From positions 1 to 29,556 of IMG/VR virus record IMGVR_UViG_3300042894_006610: a stretch of DNA of 29,556 nucleotides; one strand, given 5' to 3'. Positions 1 to 8,750 of this stretch are shown one piece after another. Positions within the stretch are counted from its first letter, which is position 1, and every line of letters begins with the position of its first letter. The notes below the pieces were generated by a model, which was not told where the DNA came from, made no database searches, and saw only the letters and a program-made list of their open reading frames with translations. The position numbers and the translations under genes were made by a program. This DNA comes from a virus. Lineage: Duplodnaviria > Caudoviricetes.

Positions 1-1297
1 TTGATGATGCTGTATATGGAACATCTATTTGTGTACCACTTCCACTAACACGTATTGCTGTACCAATTGTTGGCGCACTTGCTACAAGACCCGCATATAT
101 TGAGTTACTTGCTGCACTATTTGGTGAATCACCCACAGAATTAGTTGCTTTCACTACAAATGTATATTGTGTTCCTTGCGTTAGTCCTGTTACAGTAATT
201 GTTCCACTACTTGCTTGTGATATAGTTCCTGTAATTGACCCAGGTGTACTTACCGCTGTATAGCTTGTTATTGTATTACCACCGTTACTTGATGATGCAG
301 TATAAGGTACGTTAGCTGATGTTGCACTACCACTTACATTAACAACCGTTCCAATTGTTGGAGCGGTTGGCACAACTGCAGGTGCAATTGAGTTACTTGC
401 TGCACTATTTGGTGAATCTCCTATTGCATTTGTTGCTTTTACTACAAATGTATAACTAGTTCCTTGTGTCAAACCATTAACACGTATTGTTCCACTACTT
501 GCTTGAGATAATGTCCCTGTTATAGACCCAGGTGTACTTGTAGCAGTATAACTTGTAATAGGTAACCCACCATTACTTGATGATGCTGTATACGGCACAT
601 CAAGGGATGTTCCACTACCACTTACACGTATAACTGTTCCAATAGTAGGTGCTGTTGGTACAATACCTGCAGTAATCGCACTACTTGCTGCACTATTTGG
701 TGAGTCACCTACTACATTAGTAGCTTTTACTACAAATGTATAACTTGTTCCTTGTGTTAATCCACTTACACGGATAGTTCCACTACTTGCTTGTGAAATA
801 GTGCCTGTAATAGACCCAGGCGTACTTGTCGCTGTATAACTTGTAATAGGTAATCCGCCATCACTTGACGATGCTGTAAAGGGAACATCTATTTCTGTAC
901 CACTACCGCTTACGTTCAATGGTGTACCAATTGTTGGAGCAGTTGGTACAGTTGCAGGAATGACTGAATTACTTGCTGCACTATTTGGTGAATTACCAAC
1001 TCCATTTGTTGCATATACTACAAAAGTATAAGATGTGCCTTGCGTTAAACCACCTACACGAATAGTTCCACTACTTGCTTGTGATATAGTTCCTGTAATA
1101 TTACCTGGGTTACTAACCGCTGTATAACTTGTTATTATTCTACCGCCATTGTTAGCAGAGGCAGTATATGGAACATCAATTTCTGTTCCACTACCGCTCA
1201 CACGTGCTGCGGTACCAATTGTTGGAGCAGTTGGAACAAATACGCTTTCAATGTCTATAAAGCCACTAATTGTTACATTTGCTAGAGTTATACCCAT
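1..1297 (-). CDS. FN3-like repeat virion fibre protein, paralogue A (3' end runs off the window; absent from ORF track)
   Basis: ATG at 1297 reads MGITLANVTISGFIDIESVFVPTAPTIGTAARVSGSGTEIDVPYTAS...; the frame continues to the left edge; about 4 repeats at 288-bp period, colinear with the 1414..4896 gene. Confidence 0.9.
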   Translation of the reverse strand, partial: MGITLANVTISGFIDIESVFVPTAPTIGTAARVSGSGTEIDVPYTASANNGGRIITSYTAVSNPGNITGTISQASSGTIRVGGLTQGTSYTFVVYATNGVGNSPNSAASNSVIPATVPTAPTIGTPLNVSGSGTEIDVPFTASSSDGGLPITSYTATSTPGSITGTISQASSGTIRVSGLTQGTSYTFVVKATNVVGDSPNSAASSAITAGIVPTAPTIGTVIRVSGSGTSLDVPYTASSSNGGLPITSYTATSTPGSITGTLSQASSGTIRVNGLTQGTSYTFVVKATNAIGDSPNSAASNSIAPAVVPTAPTIGTVVNVSGSATSANVPYTASSSNGGNTITSYTAVSTPGSITGTISQASSGTITVTGLTQGTQYTFVVKATNSVGDSPNSAASNSIYAGLVASAPTIGTAIRVSGSGTQIDVPYTASS

Positions 1298-4200
1298 TTT
1301 ATTTTTCTCATTTAAATTTATATTGCTTTTCTAATTTCATGCAAAAACATACTATACTGATGTTGCTGCACTAATTTTATAATTTGTAATTGAAATATCA
1401 TTGTTTATAATCTTTATAAAGTTGTATTTGCAATACCTGTAGATGGATAGGAACGTCCTGTGCCCCATATAATACGCACTGCTCCATTGCCACCTGTACC
1501 ACCAGGTCCAGGGGTTGCCCCTGTTGTGCTGCCACCACCACCCCCGTATGTTCCCCCATTCCCCGCACCGTTACCAACACGTGCTGATCCATTCGTGCCA
1601 CTGCTTCCTCCTGTACCAAAACTTCCTTCTACAGTTGCACCTACGCCGTTTGGTCCTTGCCCATAGATTCCTACACCACCACCGCCCCCTGCGGATGAAG
1701 CTGGATTAATGCTCCATGGAGTAGATTTTCCACCACCTCCACCACCTCCTGCGCCATTACCACCATTAACAGTAGAATCAGCAGAACCTGCACCACCTGC
1801 TCCTGCATAACCACCTGCTCCTGCACCCGCACCTGCATTACCCCAACATGATGATGCTCCACCACGACCACCCGTTCCACCACCATCACCAACAAAACTT
1901 CCACCAAAACCATAAAGACTTGAAGGTACACATCCCCCGCCACCTTGTCCACCATTGCCACTTGCAGTAAGCACAGTGTTAAAATAACTTGGCCCACCAC
2001 TGCCGCCGCTACTATAAAGACCACCACCGCCACCACCACCGCCTGCTACTACTGTATAAGATGTATTTGGTATAACATTGATAGTTTTATAACCTAATCC
2101 ACCTCCACCGCCTCCACCTGAACCACCTTTTCCTGTTGACATACCACCCGCACCGCCACCTCCTCCACCTACCGTGAGAACACTAATACTTGTTACTCCA
2201 AATGGTGCAACCCATGTATATGTTCCTGCTGTGGTGTACTCAATCTGTGCATTAGCTCCACCATAGGTAATTGAATTACTTGCAGGACTTTGTGGTCCTG
2301 CCCCTGCTGCATTAACAGCATATACTTTAAATGTATATGCTGTGCCTGATGTAAATAAAAAGTTACTTGAATAAGTTATACTACCGCTACTTGCTTGGTT
2401 AACAGTGCCTATGATGTTTCCTGGGGTTGATATGGCTCTATGACTTGTAATAGTTCCACCATTAGCACCTGCTGCTGTAAATGGCACTGTAATGTTTCCT
2501 GAAGAAGTTGTAACTGTTCCTACAGTAGTTTGTAATGGAACAGCAGCAGAACCTGTTGGGGTTACTGTATTACTTGGGCTTGAAAGTTGCCCATCACCTG
2601 CAGAATTTGTAGCATATACTCTAAAAGTATAGGGTTGATTACCTACAAATGCTGCATTCATGGTAATAGTGCCACTACTCGCCTGACTTATAGATGCAGT
2701 AAAGTTATCGGGATAGCTTACCGCAGTATGTGATGTAATCGGTCCGCCACCGTTAGCAGGTGCAGTAAATGGTATAGAAGCTGTACTTCCTGCAAATGAA
2801 ACTGTACCAACTGTTGCTTGACTTGGAAGATTTGATGGAGTTATAACACTAGATGCTGCGCTAGCAGGTGAATTACCCAAACTATTAGTTGCACGTACAA
2901 CAAACGTGTAAGATGTTCCTGTGGTTAATCCTGTTACTGTAATATTACCACTACTTGCTTGTGATACAGTTCCCGTAATTGAACCAGGCGTACTTGTCGC
3001 AGTATAGCTAGTAATCGCAAAACCACCATCACTTGATGATGCAGTATATCCTACGATTACAGATGTATTACTTAACAAATTCACTGAATTTATAGTCGGA
3101 GCAGTTGGTACACTAGCAGGAACAATTGCAGCACTTTCCGCACTGTTAGGAGAATTTCCTGCACTATTTGTTGCATATACTACAAACGTATAACTTGTTC
3201 CTTGTGTCAATCCACTTACACGTATAGTTCCACTACTTGCTTGTGACAATGTCCCCGTTATTGACCCAGGTGTACTTACCGCTGTATAACTTGTAATTGT
3301 TGCGCCACCATTACTCGCTGATGCAGTGTATGGCACATCAATCTGTGTGCTACTACCACTTACTCTAGCAGGTGATCCAATTGTCGGTGCATCAGGCACT
3401 AGAGCAGGTCTTATTGCAGCACTTGCTGCACTATTAGGTGAATTACCAACACTATTTGTTGCATATACAACAAAAGTATAACTTGTTCCTTGTGTTAACC
3501 CCGATACAACTATAGTACCACTACTTGCTTGTGATAATGTTCCTGTTATAGATCCAGGCGTACTAACCGCTGTGTAACTCGTAATTGCGTTACCACCATT
3601 ACTTGATGATGCAGTATATGGTACATTAATTGAAGTACCACTGCCACTAACATTAGTTGGTGTTCCAATAGTTGGCGCAGTTGGCACTACAGCAGGTGAT
3701 ATAGAATTACTTGCCGCACTATTAGGTGAATTACCAACGCTATTTGTTGCATATACAACAAACGTATAACTTGTTCCTTGTGTTAACCCCGATACAACAA
3801 TAGTACCACTACTTGCTTGCGACAATGTCCCTGTGATTGACCCAGGCGTACTTACCGCTGTATAACTTGTAATTGCGTTACCACCATTACTTGATGATGC
3901 AGTATATGGTACATTAATTGAAGTACCACTGCCACCCACTCTTGTCGCTGTACCGATTGTTGGAGCAGTTGGTACTACCGCAGGTGCAATTGAATTACTT
4001 ATAGCACTATTTGGTGAATCACCTACAGCATTAGTAGCTTTTACTACAAATGTATAACTAGTTCCTTGTGTCAAACCATTAACACGTATTGTTCCACTAC
4101 TTGCTTGAGATAATGTCCCTGTTATAGACCCAGGTGTACTTGTAGCTGTGTAACTTGTAATTGGAGTACCACCATTACTTGATGATGCAGTATATGGAAC

Positions 4201-4840
4201 ATCAAGGGATGTACTACTACCACTTACACGTATAACTGTACCAATAGTAGGTGCTGTTGGTACAATACCTGCAACAATTGAACTACTTGCTGCACTATTT
4301 GGTGAATCACCTACCGTATTAGTTGCTTTTACTACAAATGTATAACTTGTTCCTTGTGTTAGTCCACTTACACGTATTGTTCCACTACTTGCTTGTGATA
4401 TAGTTCCTGTAATAGACCCAGGCGTACTTGTCGCTGTATAACTTGTAATAGGTAATCCACCATTACTTGATGATGCTGTGTATGGAACATCTATTTGGGT
4501 ACCACTACCACTTACATTTAATGGTGTACCAATTGTTGGAGCAGTTGGTAATGTAGCAGGAATGACTGAATTACTTGCAGCACTATTTGGTGAATTACCT
4601 ACTGCATTTGTTGCATAAACAACAAAAGTATAAGATGTTCCTGCTGTTAATCCACTAACACGAATGGTTCCACTGCTTGCTTGTGATAATGTTCCTGTTA
4701 TATTATCAGGTGTGCTTACCGCTGTATAACTTGTAATAGGTAATCCACCATTGCTTGATGATGCGGTATAAGGTACATCTATTTGGGTACTACTTCCACT
4801 AACACGTGCTGCTGTACCAATTGTTGGTGCTGTAGGTACA
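204..4840 (-). repeat. 288-bp (96-aa) tandem coding repeats in paralogues A and B
   Basis: Motif CCACTACTTGCTTG (encoding QASSG) recurs at about 204, 492, 780, 1068 and 3230, 3518, 3806, 4094, 4382, 4670 (one mismatch at 4670), an exact 288-bp spacing. Confidence 0.9.
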
Positions 4841-4896
4841 AATACACTTTCTACAGTAAGTCCTGAGAATGTCATTCCATTGAAAGTTAAGCCCAT
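1414..4896 (-). CDS. Virion fibre/adhesin: 9 FN3-like repeats plus C-terminal glycine-rich domain (paralogue B)
   Basis: Repeats of VPTAPTIG...ITSYTA...VSGLT.GTSYTFVV.ATN.VG.SP.S match FN3 repeats of surface proteins; C-terminal YTTAGTYTWVAP...GGGGG...GGNGAVRIIWG domain; AAGGT SD upstream. Confidence 0.85.
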   Translation of the reverse strand: MGLTFNGMTFSGLTVESVFVPTAPTIGTAARVSGSSTQIDVPYTASSSNGGLPITSYTAVSTPDNITGTLSQASSGTIRVSGLTAGTSYTFVVYATNAVGNSPNSAASNSVIPATLPTAPTIGTPLNVSGSGTQIDVPYTASSSNGGLPITSYTATSTPGSITGTISQASSGTIRVSGLTQGTSYTFVVKATNTVGDSPNSAASSSIVAGIVPTAPTIGTVIRVSGSSTSLDVPYTASSSNGGTPITSYTATSTPGSITGTLSQASSGTIRVNGLTQGTSYTFVVKATNAVGDSPNSAISNSIAPAVVPTAPTIGTATRVGGSGTSINVPYTASSSNGGNAITSYTAVSTPGSITGTLSQASSGTIVVSGLTQGTSYTFVVYATNSVGNSPNSAASNSISPAVVPTAPTIGTPTNVSGSGTSINVPYTASSSNGGNAITSYTAVSTPGSITGTLSQASSGTIVVSGLTQGTSYTFVVYATNSVGNSPNSAASAAIRPALVPDAPTIGSPARVSGSSTQIDVPYTASASNGGATITSYTAVSTPGSITGTLSQASSGTIRVSGLTQGTSYTFVVYATNSAGNSPNSAESAAIVPASVPTAPTINSVNLLSNTSVIVGYTASSSDGGFAITSYTATSTPGSITGTVSQASSGNITVTGLTTGTSYTFVVRATNSLGNSPASAASSVITPSNLPSQATVGTVSFAGSTASIPFTAPANGGGPITSHTAVSYPDNFTASISQASSGTITMNAAFVGNQPYTFRVYATNSAGDGQLSSPSNTVTPTGSAAVPLQTTVGTVTTSSGNITVPFTAAGANGGTITSHRAISTPGNIIGTVNQASSGSITYSSNFLFTSGTAYTFKVYAVNAAGAGPQSPASNSITYGGANAQIEYTTAGTYTWVAPFGVTSISVLTVGGGGGGAGGMSTGKGGSGGGGGGGLGYKTINVIPNTSYTVVAGGGGGGGGLYSSGGSGGPSYFNTVLTASGNGGQGGGGCVPSSLYGFGGSFVGDGGGTGGRGGASSCWGNAGAGAGAGGYAGAGGAGSADSTVNGGNGAGGGGGGGKSTPWSINPASSAGGGGGVGIYGQGPNGVGATVEGSFGTGGSSGTNGSARVGNGAGNGGTYGGGGGSTTGATPGPGGTGGNGAVRIIWGTGRSYPSTGIANTTL

Positions 4897-4907
4897 AATT
4901 TGTTACC

Positions 4908-5525
4908 TTATGATCTAGAACCTGTTGAAGGTCTTGGTGGTCTTGTTATTGTGGTCATGGGACTTTTATTTCCCATCGTAGACATAAATTTTTTCTGATC
5001 AAAAGGGTCAAAAGCAGGTTTAGTTCTATCTCCTGCATAGGGCATTTCAATCTTATCTTTTTGTTCAGCATTGCGAATACGTGACATATATTGCTCACCA
5101 TACTCCTTACTAGCTTCTTTACCATCATCTTCTAATTCTGTGTGATCTAATAAAGGCGTATGACTAGCTTGATTTGCATATTGTTCAGCTTCATGTGTCA
5201 CACTATCATCATATCCTGCTTGAATCATACGAACCATATTCTCATCATAATTTAGTAAACGTGCAATTTGCTTTACCATAGGTTCAGTACATGGATATCT
5301 AAATTCAACATCTATAATCCATATCGATTGATTTTGTAAGTTTGGAAACCCATATGGGTCTTTTTGTATCGGTGTGCTCTTAGGTTCACTGATTTTGACA
5401 GGGTCAAATTTCTGTAAGTTAAACATAAACATGTCTAACCAATTTTTATTACAGTCTCCTGCAACTTTAATTTTGTAATTGTAAGTGCGTACACTCTCTG
5501 TTAAATATTGGCGAAAAGTTTTCAT
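4908..5525 (-). CDS. Phage hypothetical protein (late gene)
   Basis: 205-aa ORF MKTFRQYLTES...; AGGA SD and GATAAATA motif upstream; no recognisable catalytic motif. Confidence 0.8.
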   Translation of the reverse strand: MKTFRQYLTESVRTYNYKIKVAGDCNKNWLDMFMFNLQKFDPVKISEPKSTPIQKDPYGFPNLQNQSIWIIDVEFRYPCTEPMVKQIARLLNYDENMVRMIQAGYDDSVTHEAEQYANQASHTPLLDHTELEDDGKEASKEYGEQYMSRIRNAEQKDKIEMPYAGDRTKPAFDPFDQKKFMSTMGNKSPMTTITRPPRPSTGSRS

Positions 5526-5545
5526 AAACTAAATTCCTGTTAAAT

Positions 5546-5553
5546 TATTTATC
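5546..5553 (-). promoter_or_regulatory. Putative T4-like late promoter GATAAATA
   Basis: Recurrent TAAATA motif, 20 nt upstream of the 5525 start. Confidence 0.6.
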
Positions 5554-6075
5554 TCAATCGGGTTTTTTGTCTTGGCTGTTTTTATCAAGTAAAGTCTTTA
5601 ATAACTCATTTCTATCTAGTACTCTACCTTCTCCAAGATCTTGTTTTTTCAAATTATTTTCTTCTTTTGAATTAACAATGCTTAATTTTCTATCAAGCTC
5701 AGCTTTTTTTAACTGCAAATCAATCATTTTTAGTTTTTTGTTGACTTTAGCAGTCTTGGCTGTGATAGCATGACCCAACATAGAACTAGCCACAGCAAAA
5801 ATTTCAGCACTAAATCTACTGTCAACTTGCATACCTAAATTGCTTAAATCATGGAAACTTTCTACTGCTAATTTAGATATTTCATCTAGTTCACCATCAC
5901 TTGCATCTAACCCTTTTACTTGAGGTAATGCATTTTCTACTTTTTCAATCGTGTTCAAAGTATCCTCAGAAATGAGTTCTTTAGGTACAATTTGTGTTTC
6001 TTTAATATCATGTTCAGATTCTTCAGGTTTTTCCTGCGAATCTAATTCAAATAAATCAATAAGACTTTTAGTAAT
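5554..6075 (-). CDS. Helical phage protein, candidate small terminase subunit; probable ATT start at 6075 (track start 5958 is likely internal)
   Basis: The frame stays open 39 codons upstream of TTG 5958 to ATT-ACT-AAA-AGT-CTT (xTKSLIDLFEL), 5 nt after GGAGAG; helical/coiled-coil pattern with C-terminal DRNELLKTL loosely resembles gp16-like proteins. Confidence 0.6.
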   Translation of the reverse strand: MTKSLIDLFELDSQEKPEESEHDIKETQIVPKELISEDTLNTIEKVENALPQVKGLDASDGELDEISKLAVESFHDLSNLGMQVDSRFSAEIFAVASSMLGHAITAKTAKVNKKLKMIDLQLKKAELDRKLSIVNSKEENNLKKQDLGEGRVLDRNELLKTLLDKNSQDKKPD

Positions 6076-6095
6076 TTTAACTCTCCAATATAAAA

Positions 6096-6102
6096 TATTT
6101 AG
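6096..6102 (-). promoter_or_regulatory. Putative late promoter CTAAATA
   Basis: TAAATA motif upstream of the GGAGAG SD at 6081-6086. Confidence 0.55.
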
Positions 6103-6108
6103 TTAAAA

Positions 6109-6540
6109 CTACTTTGTACCGTTATGAAATATATCAGACTCAGTAACTACTCTAAATTTTAAACCTTTACTTTTACACCAAGCATTTGCTGCTTGCCACT
6201 TTGCTGTATTTAAAGCTACAGCTAATTTATCTTTTCGTGACTTTGCTTCTGTTATGTAAGCTTGTTTTTTGGGTTTAATTTCAACTACTTCTCCAACAGT
6301 TTGCCCATGTTTGTTTTTATATACAATGAATACATCAGGTACATAAATTGTTTGTTTACCTGTTAATGGGTTACGATATGGAATTTGTATTGCTTCACTT
6401 GCCCATTGTAGTACAGCAGGATTGTTGTCACAAAACATAAAAAAAGTCATTTCCCATCCACTTCGATATTTCGGCTTACCATTGCCTACATATTTTTGTG
6501 GATTTCTTACTTCATAAATGCCTTGTGCATATTTTGCCAT
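6109..6540 (-). CDS. gp4: Head completion nuclease, T4 gp4-like (TnsA-like PD-(D/E)xK fold)
   Basis: NPQKYVG, YRSGWE, WASE.I.IPY, YVPD and EIKPKKQ motifs; N.AKW.AA..WC...G..F.V.TE. Confidence 0.85.
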   Translation of the reverse strand: MAKYAQGIYEVRNPQKYVGNGKPKYRSGWEMTFFMFCDNNPAVLQWASEAIQIPYRNPLTGKQTIYVPDVFIVYKNKHGQTVGEVVEIKPKKQAYITEAKSRKDKLAVALNTAKWQAANAWCKSKGLKFRVVTESDIFHNGTK

Positions 6541-6543
6541 GCT

Positions 6544-6906
6544 CTACTGTACAACATTTCTTTGCACCGATTGCACAGGACTTAACACATTATTATATCC
6601 AAACATTATTGCTTTGTTATCATTGATACTATTAAGATAATAAGCCATGGTTAAGTTAATCTGCATGGTTGATGTTGAACTCTTAAAACTTTCTAGCAAT
6701 GTTAAAACATTGACACCTGTTAAAGTAGCAATTCTAAATAAATTTACTGTAAATGCTTCACTAGTTTGTTGATCATTAGTAAATTTATTGAAAAAAGAAT
6801 TGACAATTTCATATTGACCTGCAGGTGGTTCAATTTGAAAATCATAAAACGCATCATAGATGACGTTTGTTATATCTTGAGTTTGATTGGATACACTTAT
6901 TGGCAT
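6544..6906 (-). CDS. Phage hypothetical protein
   Basis: 120-aa ORF packed in the late cluster; CTAAATA 7 nt upstream, no SD. Confidence 0.75.
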   Translation of the reverse strand: MPISVSNQTQDITNVIYDAFYDFQIEPPAGQYEIVNSFFNKFTNDQQTSEAFTVNLFRIATLTGVNVLTLLESFKSSTSTMQINLTMAYYLNSINDNKAIMFGYNNVLSPVQSVQRNVVQ

Positions 6907-6913
6907 AATATAC

Positions 6914-6920
6914 TATTTAG
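6914..6920 (-). promoter_or_regulatory. Putative late promoter CTAAATA (near-leaderless)
   Basis: TAAATA motif 7 nt before ATG 6906. Confidence 0.55.
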
Positions 6921-6921
6921 A

Positions 6922-8028
6922 TCAACCACCAGGTAGCCCTGAAGCATTTGTTGGTGTAGTTATATTATTTGCGTTTGATGTGCTTGTGTTTTGAGTTGGC
7001 TTAAACGTAGGGAACTTAAAATTAGATGCTGTATTTACAGCAATTTGCCCTAACCCTGCTGTTAATTCTGCTTTAGCAGCAGCTTTTAAACCTGCTTTAC
7101 TTAAATTCTTTGATGCAGTAATACCTTTAATCGCTGCACCAACAATATTTCCTGCACTTAAATCTTGTTGTATACCTAAAGCAGCATCAATTAATCCACC
7201 TTGACCTAATATCGTATTACGTGTACCTGCTTTTGTAATAGGACTCTTTTCTAAATCATAGTGAGATGCTTGTCCAAAACCTTGTACTATTTGATCAGGA
7301 CTATTACCATTTAATGCACCATCATAATACTTAACATACTCATATCGTATAGACATACGATTTTCCATGGTTGCGTTTGTTTGATAATAATCATAAGTAT
7401 CATGCTGCCATGAATCAATAATTGGATTAACTAATTGATATAAAGCAAAGTTATGTTGGTTAAATCCATAGATGTTAATATTTCTAAAGAATGGAACTTT
7501 ACCTGTAGTCAATGATACAGTTTGGGGTGTTGGATTTAATTCTACTCCACTGTATCCCCATTGATCAGGAGGTAATTCAGGTGTATATTGATTGGCTGTT
7601 GCTGCTGCACTATTATTTTCATTATTAGGGTCACCAATATTATAGCTATAATATGCATACCAAAGTTTACGAACTAAGTTACTGTTGTCATCGTGAAATG
7701 TAATTTGTACAGGATCATATTTGATTTTTGTTTGCACAAAACGATGATGGTTATATTGATTTAAATCATGTACATCAAAAGAATATTTTGGCAAATCAAC
7801 ACTTTTTACAGCTAAACCAAAGTTTTTATCTGTTGGAAAAAGTGATGCTGTGTTAACAAATTGTTCGTTTATATCAAAGTATACATGAAACAGCCACTTA
7901 AATTTTGGTGAATAGCCAAAAGCATTTGTTACAAATGTTTTTGAAGCATGTGTATAATCTTTTAAAAACTTACGACCGAAGAGTTCCTCGGTCGCACCTT
8001 GCAACACCTGTTGAAAGAATCCTGCCAT
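6922..8028 (-). CDS. Tail tube-like protein (gp19/gp54/gp48-type tube initiator or baseplate-tube junction)
   Basis: VKSVDLPKY...NQYN...IKYDPVQITFHDD...WY and L.NP.I...HD..DY....M...YE pattern of tube-fold proteins; directly downstream of the tail tube. Confidence 0.7.
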   Translation of the reverse strand: MAGFFQQVLQGATEELFGRKFLKDYTHASKTFVTNAFGYSPKFKWLFHVYFDINEQFVNTASLFPTDKNFGLAVKSVDLPKYSFDVHDLNQYNHHRFVQTKIKYDPVQITFHDDNSNLVRKLWYAYYSYNIGDPNNENNSAAATANQYTPELPPDQWGYSGVELNPTPQTVSLTTGKVPFFRNINIYGFNQHNFALYQLVNPIIDSWQHDTYDYYQTNATMENRMSIRYEYVKYYDGALNGNSPDQIVQGFGQASHYDLEKSPITKAGTRNTILGQGGLIDAALGIQQDLSAGNIVGAAIKGITASKNLSKAGLKAAAKAELTAGLGQIAVNTASNFKFPTFKPTQNTSTSNANNITTPTNASGLPGG

Positions 8029-8041
8029 AATACTAAACTAA

Positions 8042-8680
8042 TTAACCGCCAACGCCACTTACATTAGTTAATATTTGTCTTGCTACTGCTGCACCAACAC
8101 CTTGTTGAATACCACTATCAGTTGGTGTTTGTACTGCATTATCATAACGAATTGTTAATGAAATTGTAACAGGTTCATTTGTTCCATAATTTAAAGTGTT
8201 ATAGTTTGCATTTTGAATAAAGCAACCATAAAGTTCCCAAGTTTCCAAAACTGTTGGAATATGAATACCACCACCTCCATCAAGAATTTGGATGGTAGTT
8301 TGAAACTTATAACTGCTACCTGCTGCTGCACTTGCTTGTTCTTCAAAATCAAATTGCTTTTGAATTTGTTCACCAACACGCATCGCTACAGCACCCGTTG
8401 CATCATCACGTAAGTTCAATGTAATTGCTTGCCACTCAGGTTTACCTGCCAAATATACACGACTATTATAAATTTCTAAAGGAATCTCAGGAAAACTTAC
8501 TTGCGGACGTGATACGTCAATAACCTGTTTAGTAAGTTCAGTAGTAGCTTTGTCAACACCAATATTTTGAAACAATACACGAAAACGATATTGTAACTTT
8601 GGCATTAACAAACCTTGACTATCACCTCCTACATCACTGCCTACAGGCACTGTCATTTTTGAGATTGAAGTAAAACTCAT
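8042..8680 (-). CDS. gp19: Tail tube protein, T4 gp19-like
   Basis: PKLQYRFRV, YLAGKPEW..ITL.LRDD, WELYGCF....Y..L.Y...EPVTISLTIRYDNA; follows the sheath gene; AGGAG SD. Confidence 0.9.
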   Translation of the reverse strand: MSFTSISKMTVPVGSDVGGDSQGLLMPKLQYRFRVLFQNIGVDKATTELTKQVIDVSRPQVSFPEIPLEIYNSRVYLAGKPEWQAITLNLRDDATGAVAMRVGEQIQKQFDFEEQASAAAGSSYKFQTTIQILDGGGGIHIPTVLETWELYGCFIQNANYNTLNYGTNEPVTISLTIRYDNAVQTPTDSGIQQGVGAAVARQILTNVSGVGG

Positions 8681-8700
8681 TTTTATTTCTCCTATACTTT

Positions 8701-8708
8701 TATTTATC
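8701..8708 (-). promoter_or_regulatory. Putative late promoter GATAAATA for the tail tube
   Basis: TAAATA motif between the hairpin and the AGGAG SD. Confidence 0.6.
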
Positions 8709-8712
8709 TTAA

Positions 8713-8748
8713 ATTAGGAACCCAAAATATGGGTTCCTAATCTTTTTT
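8713..8748. terminator. Intrinsic terminator-like hairpin between sheath and tube genes
   Basis: 12-bp perfect stem ATTAGGAACCCA / TGGGTTCCTAAT with 5-nt loop; T-run on the + side, only a short T-run on the - side. Confidence 0.7.
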
Positions 8749-8750
8749 CA

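Noticed and set aside
1298-1413. 27-codon ORF MIFQLQIIKLVQQHQYSMFLHEIRKAI and a weak sigma70-like TTGCAT-16-TATAAA in the gap
   Set aside because: No SD, no motif, and easily produced by chance in AT-rich DNA
1149-2039. Short ORFs overlapping fibre genes (1149-1334, 1398-1619, 1460-1666, 1515-1709, 1671-2039)
   Set aside because: Antisense or shifted-frame shadows of GGT/GGA-rich coding sequence (poly-Pro, poly-His, poly-Val); no independent signals
204-4840. Regularly spaced conserved 14-mer as a possible CRISPR array or recombinase site
   Set aside because: The 288-bp period with homologous intervening sequence is in-frame protein repetition; no cas gene or recombinase in the window
6109-6540. 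TnsA-like nuclease as evidence of a Tn7 transposon
   Set aside because: Motifs and structural-gene context fit T4 gp4 head completion protein; no other tns genes or ends
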